A stretch of DNA of 64,000 bases from Eledone cirrhosa (Eukaryota): assembly GCA_964016885.1 (NCBI GenBank), contig OZ024741.1:394444001-394508000 (forward strand). The letters are read 5' to 3'. The notes beneath the pieces were generated by a model, which had not been told where the DNA came from, ran no database searches, and worked only from the letters and a program-made list of their open reading frames with translations. The position numbers and the translations under genes were made by a program. Of this stretch, positions 12,460 to 25,140 are shown one piece after another. Within the stretch, counting starts at the first letter, position 1, and every line of letters begins with the position of its first letter.

Positions 12460-14060
12460 CATTTTTTAGGCAGTGCAAGCTCATCCACACTGCCACCCCT
12501 TGGTCTAGCAACCTTGGGACCCTAGATAGGGTATTTTGTAGTGAAATAGATAAGTCTAGCATAGATTGTCCACAATTCAAAATAGTCGACTACATAGACA
12601 ACAAATTTGTGATCTGTGTTATCAACTTAGATAGGCTTCTAATCAGGGACCCGAATACTGGAAGCTGAATGCCTCACTACCGGCATGCAAAGCCTACAGA
12701 GACTGAATCAGTGAATTAGTTAAGCGGGCATTGATGGGGCAGTCATCAACAACAAGTGGTGGTTTGCCATGAAAAGAGCGATCAGAACAGAGTCCATTAG
12801 GTAATTAGACTAGGTGCTTAGTAAAGGCATCGCAACCAATGTGCTTGTGGCGAGGCTGGCCCTCAAACAATTCTTCAACACAAAGCATGAAGACTGCATT
12901 GTCAGAGCTAGGGCACCGGCTTTCAGACACGAGGGGATGAAAGCCGTTCGATGGGCCCGAGTGGCGGAGGCGCGTCGTGTCAACAAAGCCACGATCCGGT
13001 CTTTGAAGGACCACCATGGGCGCATGTTAGTCTATCCTGACCAGGTATGTGCAGCCATTCAGCAATAGTTTGCTCAACTGTTTGGGAGCGGTGGCAGGGC
13101 GGATTGCGGAATAGACTTTAGTCCCTACCTTGATGGCATGCCACGGCTTTCGGAAATGGAGGCAGAGTGCTGTTAAAGGCCGATAACTGCTGCTGAGATA
13201 CACAAGACAATGACTAGCTGCATGAAGGGTAAATCGCCTGGTTTGGATGGTCTGCCCTACGAGCTATTATCTTCATGAGGACTTTCGGTCCGGAGCCAAT
13301 GGATAACTTTGAGAATCCTTGGACTGGCAGTGTTACTGGGGAACGATGCCAGTTCAAGATAAATTTTACAGGCATGGAAGTGCCGTCATCTGGGCCTGTC
13401 CGAGATGAACATGGGTGATGAAACTGTCTTGCACACACTCAGTGTCCGAGCATCGCTGACTTGTGAGTTTATGTCAAACATCTGCTGTCGCATGTAGGAC
13501 GGATCCAGCTATCCGCTGAGTCTATCTTGAAGATTGCCCCACCGCCCGCCTTTAACCAGGAAGGGAGGCAGTTTTATCTGCCTGGTGGCCATGGTGAAAG
13601 AAGTCGTATGGTAGATGTGTCTAAAAGTTTTGAAGACGGCGAACACTTTTCTCTTCGATGACACCCTCATTAACTTTTTCAGGTTTCAACTGAAAAGAAA
13701 AATCAAGGTGGAGAGTGAAGTGCTGTCTTCCAGCCAGTTTGTTCAAAGGTGGATGAGAGAGCCAAGAATGACCGTGTGAATGGGCCTGCCCTGAATGTGT
13801 GTGTCTAGTATTGTTGGAGGAGAACTCGGAGAGGGTGCTTGCCCTAGCGATCAGGTTGACTTTGGCTTTTGTGGGCTTTCTCCACGAGTAACCCTTGGTG
13901 GTCTCCCCTATTGGCGATTTTCCCATTGTTTCCGTTTTTCTTGATACATCTTTTGTTTTTGTTTTCTTTTTTTACATGCAGAAACCCATATTTGTACCAT
14001 CCTGTGTTGTCCTTAATGTATTTTTTACAAACTCTTTGTAAAGAACTCATTATCATTATT
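12460..14060 (+). mobile_element. Tx1 fragment with the RT core deleted
   Basis: End of APE and linker; GLPYEL is joined directly to RTFGP..MDNF near 13277; 3' UTR and ATT tail. Confidence 0.8.
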
Positions 14061-14570
14061 GTTTTTCCTTTTCTTTCAGTATTGTTTCCGTTATATGCCG
14101 AGTGTCTTCCTGACACCTAGGGCAATAAACCCACTGTATACATTGGTAAGCCAGTTAACACACCACATTGATTATCATTTTCATAAACAGACCTTGCTAT
14201 ATTGGTCTTTAACAATGATATCTAGTCTATTAGCTTTTATGGTCTGGTCAGTATCTACAGGAAAGTCCCAAAGAATTGTTACTTTTTCTCCTTCAGTTAC
14301 AGCCCCAGGGTAATGATTGTACCACTTGTCAGCTGCTTTGATTTTATAATGCCGACATATTACCCAGTGTAGATATTGGCCAACTCTGTCATGTCTAGAT
14401 ACGTAATCTACTGGGGCTAAAACTTTACATCCAGAGATTAAGTGGACCACTGTTTCAATCTCAACATGGATTTATTCCATTTCCTATTACATTGGCCTGG
14501 TAATTCCGTGTCAGTAAGTTTTGATCTTGGGCAGCTATGATGAAGCCTTCACTCTCTGCTTTTAGCCCCT
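14061..14570 (-). mobile_element. Dong/R4-clade LINE fragment
   Basis: HLISGC..RHDRVGQYLHW..ILWDFPVDTDQTIKANRLDI. Confidence 0.85.
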
Positions 14571-14763
14571 GGCAGTATCGGTAGAGCGTCAAACACCATG
14601 CTTTGCAGCATAGGAGTTATGGCCCTTTACGTTCTGAGTTCAAATCCTGCCAAGTTAACTTTGCCTTTCATCCTTTCGGGTTTGATAAAATAAAGTACCA
14701 GTAATATACTGAGATAATTGCTGGCCTTGTGCGCCAAAAGTAGAAACAATTATTATTATTATT
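14571..14763 (+). mobile_element. tRNA-derived Nin/Deu-domain SINE
   Basis: A box ggcagtatcggtag, B box gagttcaaatcc, Nin core, (ATT)n tail. Confidence 0.9.
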
Positions 14764-17700
14764 AGCTGTCAGACAGTGAAGACGTGTTTATTGTGAGCTC
14801 CACAAAGTAGTGAATTTCAAGATTTTTTAAAATCCTATTAGTTGCTATAAATTTTGCAAAAGGGTCGTAAGACTTCCGTCTTTGCCCTGTGAAGGGGAGA
14901 CGCTATAATGTTTGGGTCTTTAAAATATCGATGCATTTCGGTCAAATATCAAAAAGCCAAGAATGCCTCCAAAGGACTGGTAGAGGCAGTAATGATGACA
15001 TAGACCATGTCACAAGGGCCAGAAAATGTTGGTGCTTTTCAAAATTGAGGCCCTTGCTATAGAGCATGCTGTGATCCCCTGCAAAGGGGACCAAATCATT
15101 TTGTACCCATCTTACATGGGGAGGAGAACAGTAAAGGTCCGTATTCCTAGGATTCACCAGGACTGGATTTATGGTGGCTCCTTGGATGTGTGGTGGCAAA
15201 GGGCCCTGACACCCCCCTCGACGTTAAATTCAAAAAGAGAGAGAGGTGATCCGGGACTGGTTTGGAGATTCTTCTCCAAATCAGACCTGAAGATATAAAA
15301 AACATAACAGACCACATCAAACTACCGGACGGGTACGAAATTCAGGTAGTCACGGAGGACAAACGGCCGCATTCTTTCGTGTGTGGTGAAGCCACAGACC
15401 TGAGAGCCTTTTACTCCCAACGGAAAACTGCAGGGGGCCACAAACTTCCATTGCTGCCAACACCGGTGTCGGGGGGAGGGACAACACCAACAGCAACAGA
15501 AAAAAACAGCACCATTAAAAACAAGGACAATTAAATCCATCCAGGTTGTCGCGCAAACAAGCTCTCCCTCCCCTCCCCTTTCAAACACATACACACAGAG
15601 AAAAACGCACACACCCGTAAACACACTCCCACTCCCCTCTGACACAGAGTCCCCAGACACCAGTTCCTCCACTTCTCCGAGTGAAGATGAGGGGGAACCC
15701 CAAAAAGCTAAAAAGCAAAAAAGAAAGCACAAAAAGATAAATCCAACTGTACACACACCAACAAGCACATAAAATACACCCACAGCAAATAAAGACACAC
15801 CCACAGCAACACCAACTCCACAACCGTCAACAACACTGGCACAAGTGCAAGTTATCCCAAACAAAAGAAAACACACGCAGACACCAACAACGACAGACAC
15901 ACCCAACTTCGTGTTACTAAAGAGGGCCAAACAAACAACTCATGGCCCTTGTAACACGAAGTAAAGACATTGAGAAAGAGGGAGAGATTTTTGGCACCTG
16001 CACCTCAAATTGCCCTAAACACTACGATTGGTGTCGATGCCAATACAAACTTATAAAAATATTATGGTGAGCTTTCCCGACGGCGTGGGAACCCCTAACG
16101 TATAAGCTACAAGTATGAACAAAAAGGGGTTCCCAATGGAAACCCCAACAACTATGGCGGTCAAACCACCTGATCTCCACAAGACTCCGGGGGGTAAGTA
16201 AACCTTTTCTCTCTCCTTTAGCTTACCATCATGGCTGTATTAAGAGTAGGATGTTTAAATGTTCGAGGCCTGGAGTCGCCCTGGAAGCAGGGTCACCTGC
16301 TCAACGACCTCAGGTCTCTAGAAATGGATGTAATTGCCGTCAGCGAGATCAGGATTTTCTACACGTGTGCTCTAGCCTCCATTTTCAACAGCTATTAGAT
16401 CATCGCAGCTGCACAAGTGTGGACCTGGACCAACCGCATAGGGTCATCTAGATCGTATACAGACAGGATTTTCATTAGGAAAATAAATAGAAATAGTGTA
16501 GGCTGTCCATGTTTTAAAACGGTCACCTATTCAGATCACAAGTTTGTGATCCAAGTTTGTGATCTGTATAGTCGACCGATAAGATATGTAGGTTAGGACC
16601 TGGTTACTGGAAGCTGGACATGCTGTAAGTCTTACAGGGACTGGATCAACAATTTAGTGAAACAAAAGTTGACAGGCGGGGTCGTCAACAACAGGTGGTG
16701 GGGGTTCTCAAAAGAGAGATTAGAGTAATTTCGATAGGGTTTAGCAAAGAAGTAGCATTAGAGAAAAATAGAAAGGAGGGGGAGCGGGTAGCTATGTTAG
16801 ACGAGGCTATTTGTAGGGGCATTGCAACAGACGGGCAGCGGCGAGAATGGCATTAGATCATTTCTGTTAGACGAGGCTATTTGTGGTGGCATTGCAACTG
16901 ATGGGTTAGCGGCGAGAATAGCATTAGACCATTTCTTCAATGCGAAACACGAAGGTTGCATTATCAGAGCTAAAGCATACACTTTTAGAAACCAGGGAAC
17001 CAAAGCTGTTCAATGGGCCTGAACTGAACAATTCCAGGCAGATGTGTGAGGCCTTTCGCAAGCACATTGCTTGGTTGTTCGGTGGGGAGTGTGTGTGTGT
17101 GTGGGGGGGGGGGGGTCAGAGACGATAGCGGACTTCAGTCCCCACCTCGACGACTGATGCTGTGTGTTGCAAAAGGTCGATAACTTCAGCTGAAATTCAG
17201 GATGCCCTTGGGTGCATGAGGCGCAAGTCACCCGGTTTGGATGGTCTGCCCTATGAGCTTTACGTAAATAATCCAGTCTTGTTCTCTGAGCTCCTCAAAG
17301 TGCTCTACTGCAATTGGCAGCAGAACAAGAGTATTCCTAGATCTGTGAGCCGGGGCATAGTGACGCTGATAAGGAAAGACGAGAACAAGAGGGACACATT
17401 AGATAACTTCAGGCCCATAACTAAACACAAAGTTTAAGATTTTGGCCAAGGTGATAGCGAAGCGGTTGGCGCTTGTTGAAGATTTGGTTGGGGAAGTGCA
17501 AACTTGCACAATCGTGATCAGCTCCTTACATGACAACCTCCAGCTCATGTGATACATCATAGAGAGGGTAGGGTGTAAAACTGGCTTTGGTGGGGTCTGA
17601 TCAATGAAGATCAATCAAAAGCATTCAATAGAGTCGACCATCGGTATCTGGAGGCTGTCCTCAAGGCAGCTGGCTTTGGTCCCGTCTTCAGAAGCTGGAT

Positions 17701-19500
17701 CCCTACAATGCACAGTGGCAACTGCTTGGTGGTCAAAGTTAATGGTCACCTCCCGTAACCGTTTCAGATCTCCCGATCGGTCCGTCAGGGGTGCCCTCTC
17801 TCCTCCCTTCTGTACGTATTGACTCTCGAGCCTTTACTACGGAAGCTGAAGATTTTGCAGGGTATTCCGGGACGCGGAAAGGCTGTGTCGGCTTATGCGG
17901 ACGACATCACCGTGATGGAGTCGGGCACCTCAGAAATCGAGGTGGTCGGCACCTTATTGGAGGAATATGAAAGGTTGACGGGAGCGAATCTTAACCTGGA
18001 AAAGTCGGTGGACTTGCACCTCAGCACCTGGACAGGCAAGTCTGTGCTGTCCAACAGCGTCATTGGGCACTGGGCAGATGGACCGGTAAAGTTGCTTGGG
18101 GTTTGGTTCGGACCAGACCTTCAGGTGGATAAGAATTGGGATGAGGTGACAGGCAGGGTAGCCAGTGTCACCCAGAAATGGGGTAAGCGGAAGCTGTCAT
18201 TGAAAATTCGGACGGAGAAAAATGCGTACACCGCCTCCGTCATCTATTACCACCTGATCGTTGGGCCTTGCCACCATCCCCGCCCGCCAAGTTGGAACGG
18301 CTCTTTTTTAAATTCTTGTGGAGTGGACAGATTCCGTTGGTGAGGCGGTTCATCTGCTGCCAGCACCCTCTACCTGGAGGCCTGGGCATACTGTGGCTAA
18401 TGATGTGCAGATATGTGCTGAGGCTGCTACATCTCCAGATATTCTGCCTAAATGGTGAACAGATGTGATCGCTGTTTGACAGACAGGCCTTTCCGCAGCT
18501 TGTTTCTTTGACTGAGTTGCAGTCCTGGGTCAAGAAGAGACCAAGACTGGGTGACTGGCATCTGGAATGTTGCCAGGCATTCACTGCCTTCTACCAGGCG
18601 GCCAATGCGCTCAGTGGAACTTCAACTCTCAAGTTCTATAGAGGATTAGTGGTGGGCAATTGCGACGACGCACTCGGAGAGGCTCTGGTCATCGACCAAG
18701 TTAAACTGACCAGTCTGTTGCGGAAGACTTTCGAGCCAGGGACGATGGATAACTTCCAGAAATCCCACGCTTGGCAGTGCTACCAGTTTGAGATAAACTC
18801 TACAGGCATGGAAGTGCTGTCTGATAGACCTGCCCGAGATGCGCGCAGAGCCACGAAACCATTCTGTATGCATTTGTTCTTTATCCGTGCATTACTGACT
18901 TGTGGAGTTGTGTCGAACAGTTGTTGTCATGTGTAGAACAGATGCAGCTATCGGCTGAGTCCAATTGACGCGCCGCCTTCTTTTGGCCGGGAAGGGCAGG
19001 CAATTTTCCTCTATCTGGTGGCAATAGCAAAAGAGATTGTATGGTGGACCAGGTTGAAAGGACTGAAGACTGACACTTTTCTCTTCGGCCAATCCCTCAT
19101 CAACTTTTTCAAGTTTCACTTGGAAAGGAAGGTGAGGACGGAAAGAAAAGTGTTGCCCCCCAGTACATTTGCTGAAATAGGGGGGGGGGGATGAATGCAA
19201 TGAGACTGGCCCGTGTGAGTGGGCCTACTCTGATCATGTGCCTGTAGGTGGGTGAATTTGAGGAGGAGAGGAGTGCCCGTCATGGATGCCTTTGTATCGT
19301 CAGGTGGTTCAGGATTGGTGGGGTACCTGACTCAACCCTGGGTGGTTATCCCCACCCCCTATTGGGGAACTTCTGTTGTTTTTTATTTTCTTGTTTATTG
19401 TTATTGTTTTCATAGTTTTCAGTCAATTTTTGTGTAAAACCACCACTGCCCCCGTCGGATGTATCGGCGCTTGTGGCCAATAAATGAAAGCATTATTATT
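14764..19500 (+). mobile_element. Near full-span, decayed Tx1 element
   Basis: 5' UTR, ORF1 remnants (15026-15534), APE start near 16231, RT with YADD near 17894, zinc finger, 3' UTR and ATT tail; many stops and indels. Confidence 0.9.
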
Positions 19501-19673
19501 GGCAGTATCGGTAGAGGGTCGGACGCCATGCTTTCCAGCATAGTTACGTCCCTTTATGGTCCGAGTTCAAATCCCGCCGAGGTTGACTTTGCCTTTCATC
19601 CTTACGGGGTCGATAAAATAAAGTACCAGTAATGCACTGGGTAATTGCTGGCCTTGTGCCTAAAGTAGAAACA

Positions 19674-19713
<40 letters not shown>
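19501..19713 (+). mobile_element. Nin/Deu-domain SINE
   Basis: Same family as 14571; long (ATT)n tail. Confidence 0.9.
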
Positions 19714-19716
<3 letters not shown>

Positions 19717-20105
19717 TTTGAGTCTCAGTCATTGATGTTATTTAACTGGAAACTTTGTTGAAATGAATATCAAGCCGCTACCTGCAGCCTCAGATATTCA
19801 GGACGTATCGGAGGGTTCTTGCTGTTCCCAGCAAGCATACCATTTGAAGTGTTCCAAAAAGCGGGGCTGGACTAATCTTCTTTAACCATCCTTGGAAACT
19901 CTTTGAGATAGTACCTAGTGCGCCTATGACAACTGGGACGACCTTGATTTCATGGCAGTTCCAAATCTTTTAACTCCCACTTTAAGTCCTGGTATCGGTT
20001 AATTTTCTCCCTCTCCTTTTCTTGCACTCTCGTGTCAAATGGGTAGGCTACATCTACAATCAGGCACGATCTTTTTTCCTTGTCCAAAACCACCAGGTCA
20101 GGCCT
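19714..20105 (-). mobile_element. Dong/R4-clade LINE 3' fragment (RLE)
   Basis: Minus strand: RPDLVVLDKEKRSCLIVDVA-PFD-RV..EKINRYQDL..VPVVIGALGT. Confidence 0.8.
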
Positions 20106-20117
20106 ATTATTATTATT

Positions 20118-20310
20118 GGCAGTATCGGTAGAGGGTCGGACGCCATGCTTTGACGCATAGAGTTACGGCCCTTGCACTTCTGAGTTCAAATCCCGCCGAA
20201 GTTAACTTTGCCTTTCATCCTTATGGGGTCGATAAAATAAAGTACCAGTAATACACTGGGTAATTGCTGGCCTTGTGCCTAAAGTAGAAACAATTATTAT
20301 TATTATTATT
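20118..20310 (+). mobile_element. Nin/Deu-domain SINE
   Basis: Full head, core and tail. Confidence 0.9.
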
Positions 20311-20526
20311 TTGCTCGCTCACAGTAAGTCGCTTTATTTGCCTGTTAAAATTATTTATTGTTAAATATTTCTTGTTGTGTAAGGGATATAAGCCCTTAGA
20401 CTTTGCCTCGTGAAGGGGAAAGTATAATATTTGAGCCTTTTGGCCCAAATATTTGAACTTTTTTTTACATGTTAAAAAATTTACGAAGAAAAAAAAACAT
20501 GGCTGAGCCCCCCCCCCCCCCCCCCC
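20311..20526 (+). mobile_element. Orphan Tx1 5' UTR and ORF1 start (ATG GCT GAG CCC..)
   Basis: Shares gtgaagggga..tataat.tttg with 14885-14920 and ttggcccaaatatt with the 24630-24650 Tx1 5' UTR. Ends in C19. Confidence 0.7.
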
Positions 20527-22432
20527 AACAGCTCCATTCAAATCCAGAACATGTGAGGTCATCAAAGGCAAAAAAGAGCAGTTGGAGAGATGGGTGGAAT
20601 ATTACTCCAAACTCTACGGCAAGGAAAACAGTTTCTCGGACAACCCGCTAGACACAGTCGAACACCTACCCATCATGGAGGGGCTAGATGCATTGCCAAC
20701 TGTTGAAGAACTGTGCAGAGCCATTGATGGCTTACCTGCTAGGAAGGCACTAGGGTCTGATGCCATCCTCCCAGAGGTCATCGGGTGTGCAAAGGGAGTC
20801 CTACTTAGCCACTTGTTGAAAGTACTATGTCAATGCTGGGAAGAAGGAACAGTCCTGGAAGACATGAGGGACTGTAACATTGTTACCCTCTATAAGAGTA
20901 AAGGGGACAGAAGCAATTGCAATAGCTACTGGGGCATCTCGCTCCTAAGTATTGTTGGGAAGGTCTTTGCCCGCGTGGTCTTGAACAGACTACAGAAAAT
21001 CCCTGAGGGGGTATACCCCAAATCTCAGTGTAGTTTCAGGTCAGAACACTCCACCATTGACATGATCTTCTCCCTTCAACAGCTACAGGAGAGGTACCAA
21101 GCACAAAGGCAGCCACTCTACATCACCTTCATCGTCCTCATGAAAACATTCAATCTAGTTAGTGGGGACAGCCTGTTCAAAATCATTGCCAGGATTTGTT
21201 GTCCTCCAAGGCTTCTTAGGATAGTCCAGTCGTTTCATGCAGATATGTAAGGTGTAATTCAATTTGATAACTCTTATTCAGAGGCATTTAACATATAGTG
21301 GTGTGAAGCAGATCTGTGTGCTGGCCCCCACCCTGTTAGGCATCTTTTTCACAGTCATATTAAAACATGCATTTGGAGAGTCAACTGAAGGTGTCTACCT
21401 CCTCACCAGATCAGACGGGAAGCTGTCTAGTCTGTCAAGGTTGAAAGCGAGATCTAAGGTTTGTCAGGTACTCATCAGAGAAATGCCATTTGCAGATATA
21501 GCACACTCTAAGGAGCAAATGCAGCACCTCATGAACAAACTCTTGGGGGCCTGCTAGAAATTCAGCTTGACCATTAGTCTGAAGAAAACCAATGAACTGG
21601 GCCAAAGTGTCAAGTACCCCCACCCCCACCACCACCATCACCATCAACAACTATGAGCCGGAGGTGGTCCACAAATTCCCCTACTTTGTTTGGCTCCTCT
21701 ATCACTGACCACCTTTCCCTGGACCCTGAGATCAGCCGGAGAGTTGGACGAACAACCTCTACATTTACCAGGCTGACGGAGAGTCTGGGAGAACAGAAAA
21801 CTAACTACAAAAACCAAGATTGGTGTGTACAAAGCCTGTGCCACAACACACTACATTGTGGCAGCAAGACATGGAGCCTCTACTCCAAACAGGAGTGGCG
21901 TCTCAATGTCTTCCACCTTCACTGCCTGAGATGCATTTTGGATATCAAGTGGACTGAAGTCCACAACCATGCCAAGATACCCAGCATTTACACCCTGCTC
22001 AAACAGCGCCGTCTGCTCTGGCCCAGTTACGTACATCGTGTGTTGAACGGAAGGATCTCCAAAAAATGATTGTATGGGGAACTGGCCTCCAGCACAAGAG
22101 CTCGCTTCAGTGACATCTGCAGGAAGTATATGAAGTCAATAAACCTGGACACCTAGAGATGGGAGAAGGCCACTAATGATCGCCTACGGTGGAAACATGT
22201 ACTGCGCAAGAGAATGGAGTGAGAGGAGGAGAAACAGAAACTCGCCTCCAAGGAAAAACGTGCTCGAAAAAAGAACTACACAGAGGAGATCATATACAAA
22301 TGCAGTTGTTGTATACAGGACTGCCACTCCCGTGTGGACCTGTAGAGCCACAGCAAATACTGCACAGCCATCAGTAGCTGACACAAAAGGTGCATGGTTT
22401 TTCAAGACTGACGAATGCCAATAATAATAATT
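20527..22432 (+). mobile_element. RTE (BovB-like) LINE, RT through 3' end, decayed
   Basis: ERWVEYYSKLY..GISLLSIVGKVFARV..SGVKQICVLAPTL..LKQRRL; (ATA)n tail. Confidence 0.88.
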
Positions 22433-22625
22433 ATTATTATTTCTACTTTGGGCACAAGGCCAGCAATTATCCCAGTGCATTACTGGTACTTTATTTTATC
22501 GATCCCGTAAGGATGAAAGGCAAAGTTAACCTCGGCGGGATTTGAACTCAGAATGGCAAGGGCCGTAACTCTATACGTCAAAGCATGGCGTCCGACCCTC
22601 TACAGATACTGCCAATCCACCGCCA
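22433..22625 (-). mobile_element. Nin/Deu-domain SINE
   Basis: Reverse complement of the family consensus. Confidence 0.9.
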
Positions 22626-22635
22626 TATAATAATA

Positions 22636-24790
22636 ATACCCTATCTAAATACGATCTCGATGACCCGATGCTGTTTGTCCATGTCCACATTGATACATTC
22701 GGGAAATCCAGACGGTACTTGTCAGATAGTTGAAAACGTCTGAGCAGGTTTGCATGGCTTTTACACCCTCCTCCTCTATCCACTAGTCCCAGCGTGCATC
22801 CAAGATCCCGTTCCAGTCACCCACTAACACTAAAGAGCTTGACATACCAAGAAACGTGTCTCCAGGTGCCGGATGAAGTCAGGCCGTAATGCTCCTGTTG
22901 GGGCGTAGACGGCCACTAGCCTGAAAGCATGCTCTCCTCCGCGGGTAACATCCCGCACCACCAACTTACCTGCAGGGTCCAAGAAGATGGCCTGTATCTC
23001 GAGATCCAGACCTCTCCGGAACAACACTGCCACTCAGTCTCCAGATCCGGGACGGTTTTAAATGTATACACCTCGTAGCCGCCGAAAATGAATGTGAACG
23101 TCCGTGCCTTGGAGATTCTGATCTCGCTGATGGCTACCACATCTATGTTCAGCGACCTGAGATCGTTGAGCAAGTGGCCCTGCTTGCAAGACAATCCCAG
23201 GCCACGTGCATTTATGCTGCCCATCCTGAGAAAAGCCATGCTGGATAAGATAGAAGGAAAATAATAACTTTACCTTTGGCTTTTTAGGAAGGGGGTGGGT
23301 GGTCCATCCTACCAGTGGTGGGTTTCTCCACGAGAATGTCAGTGAATATTCTCTTCGAGAGGGTACCTCGATAATCTCCAATTGCCGCAGGGAACTTTTC
23401 CTTTAAGGTTGTATATGTCTTTTGTGAAATTTCGATTGTGTGGGAGGTGCAATTTTTGTGGTTTGTATGTAATTTGTTTCTGTGTTGTTGTGTTGTATGT
23501 AATTTAGGAGTTTTTTTGTTGTCTGTGTCTGTAGCTGTGTATTGTGTCTGTTGTTTGAGATATTGTTGGTGTTGTTTGAGTTTGCTGTGGTGTTGATGGA
23601 GGTGACGGGGTTGATGATAATGTTGATGGTGGTGTTGGTGGTTGTGGGTGTGTGGCTATTGATGATGACGGTGGTAGAGTCGATGATGTCTTCACTTTTT
23701 TTTTGCTTTTTTCCTCCTCTTATTCTTTGCGGGCGTAGGGTGGGAGTTCTTTTTTCTTTTTTTTTGCTCCGACAGTTTTCCATCCCCAACGTCATCACGC
23801 TCTTTGTCCGTTTGTGTGATATCGTGAAGGGTCATACTCTCCACTGGTCTTGGTGGTGGGGATGGTGTTTTTATTGTTGATGTAGCTGATGCTGGTAGTT
23901 TTGCCGCCACTCCAGTTGTGAGATACGGTGTAGGGAAAAGAAGGGGCACATGCCCGCCTTGGTTAGTTTTGGGCAGAAGGCCTTTAGGTGCGTTTTATCT
24001 CCTGTGAAAACTTGGCCTTCTACCTTTGACAGTCACAGATAGGTGGCTGCCATCATCCTGGCTGATCACTTCAGGGATTACCTCTATATTTTCATGGTTA
24101 GATTGGATGATCAGCTCCATCTCCAAGCCTGACCCCTTCTCTTGTTTGATGCACATGATGTCTAAAATAGTGATTGTCCCTTCAACGTCAGCGAGGGTGG
24201 CCACCATCAGTCAAACGATTTCTAATGAGGGCAGAACCAGGATCATTTGGACCCTAGCAACTTTTTGGCTGCAGTATTTCCTTGCTACAGAGTGGCGTTA
24301 TAGAGTTTGCTCTGGCTTCTTCAAGTGTAGCAAAGAGAACATGCCATATTTTGTTCCTCAGGCTATGTAAGTTTTCTGTGTCCGGACGGCACCAATAGCC
24401 TTTTGCACTTGTGACTCAGTCGTCTGTGCCACACGGCGTGATTTGAATCCAATTGTACAGGACGAGATCGTACACATAATTTGCTTTTATGTCAATGTCG
24501 GACCTATTGAAAAGTCGCACACTTTTCTCATACGTCTTACTTTAGCATGTGGAAGGGGAGGGGTGTTCTACGTCCATTTTTTTTGTTTTTTGAAATTTAA
24601 ACAGGTTTTGTGTTTTACAAATAGGAAAATACAATATTTGGGCCAAAGGTCCAAATATTAAGGTGCCAACTTTCTTGAGGGTCAAGTCAGGCACCCCATT
24701 AACAGTCTGAGGAAAAAATATGCAAAAAAAAGAAAACGGTAAAAGCAAGTAAAAGAGACAAACTTACACAAGGTGAGACAAACACATCAG
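22636..24790 (-). mobile_element. Tx1 5' half (5' UTR, ORF1 with low-complexity tail, APE)
   Basis: MAFLRMGSINARGL..VAISE..VAVYAP..WTWTN..SYLDRV; ORF1 remnants 24575-23400. Confidence 0.85.
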
Positions 24791-24799
24791 AAGCATGTT

Positions 24800-24998
24800 G
24801 TCATCATCATCATCATCATCTTCGTTTAACGTCCATTTTCCACGCTAGCATGGGTTAGACGGGAGTTGTCCCACTTGAGGCAAGGCTGGTCGGGTGACCA
24901 TGTCTCGCTCATATAGGACTATCTGGCAGGTTTTCTACAGCTGGATGCCCTCCCTAACACCAACCACATTTACAGTGTAGAACTGGAAACTTTTTACC
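24800..24998 (-). mobile_element. RTE 3' UTR-derived repeat
   Basis: (CAT)n followed by cgtttaacgtccattttccacgctagcatggg. Confidence 0.8.
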
Positions 24999-25000
24999 GT

Positions 25001-25140
25001 TAATAATAATAATGATTTGTTTTTTATTAGCCACAAGGGCTCACTCATATAATAAATGTTAAAACACATGGGGTTGAGCAAGGCAATGTTATAGAAATTG
25101 GCAGAAAAGGACAAGGAGGTTAAACATTGTACATATTAAA
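25001..25140 (-). mobile_element. Short Tx1 3' tail
   Basis: Minus strand cccttgtggctaataaaaacaaatcattattatt. Confidence 0.55.

Noticed and set aside
14571-14655. tRNA genes at A/B-box motifs
   Set aside because: These are SINE heads, each followed by the Nin core and tail; no full cloverleaf seen.
23403-23949. Thr/Asn/Pro-rich mucin-like ORFs (also 28601-29227)
   Set aside because: Low-complexity C-terminal part of Tx1 ORF1; they sit directly upstream of the ORF2 APE.
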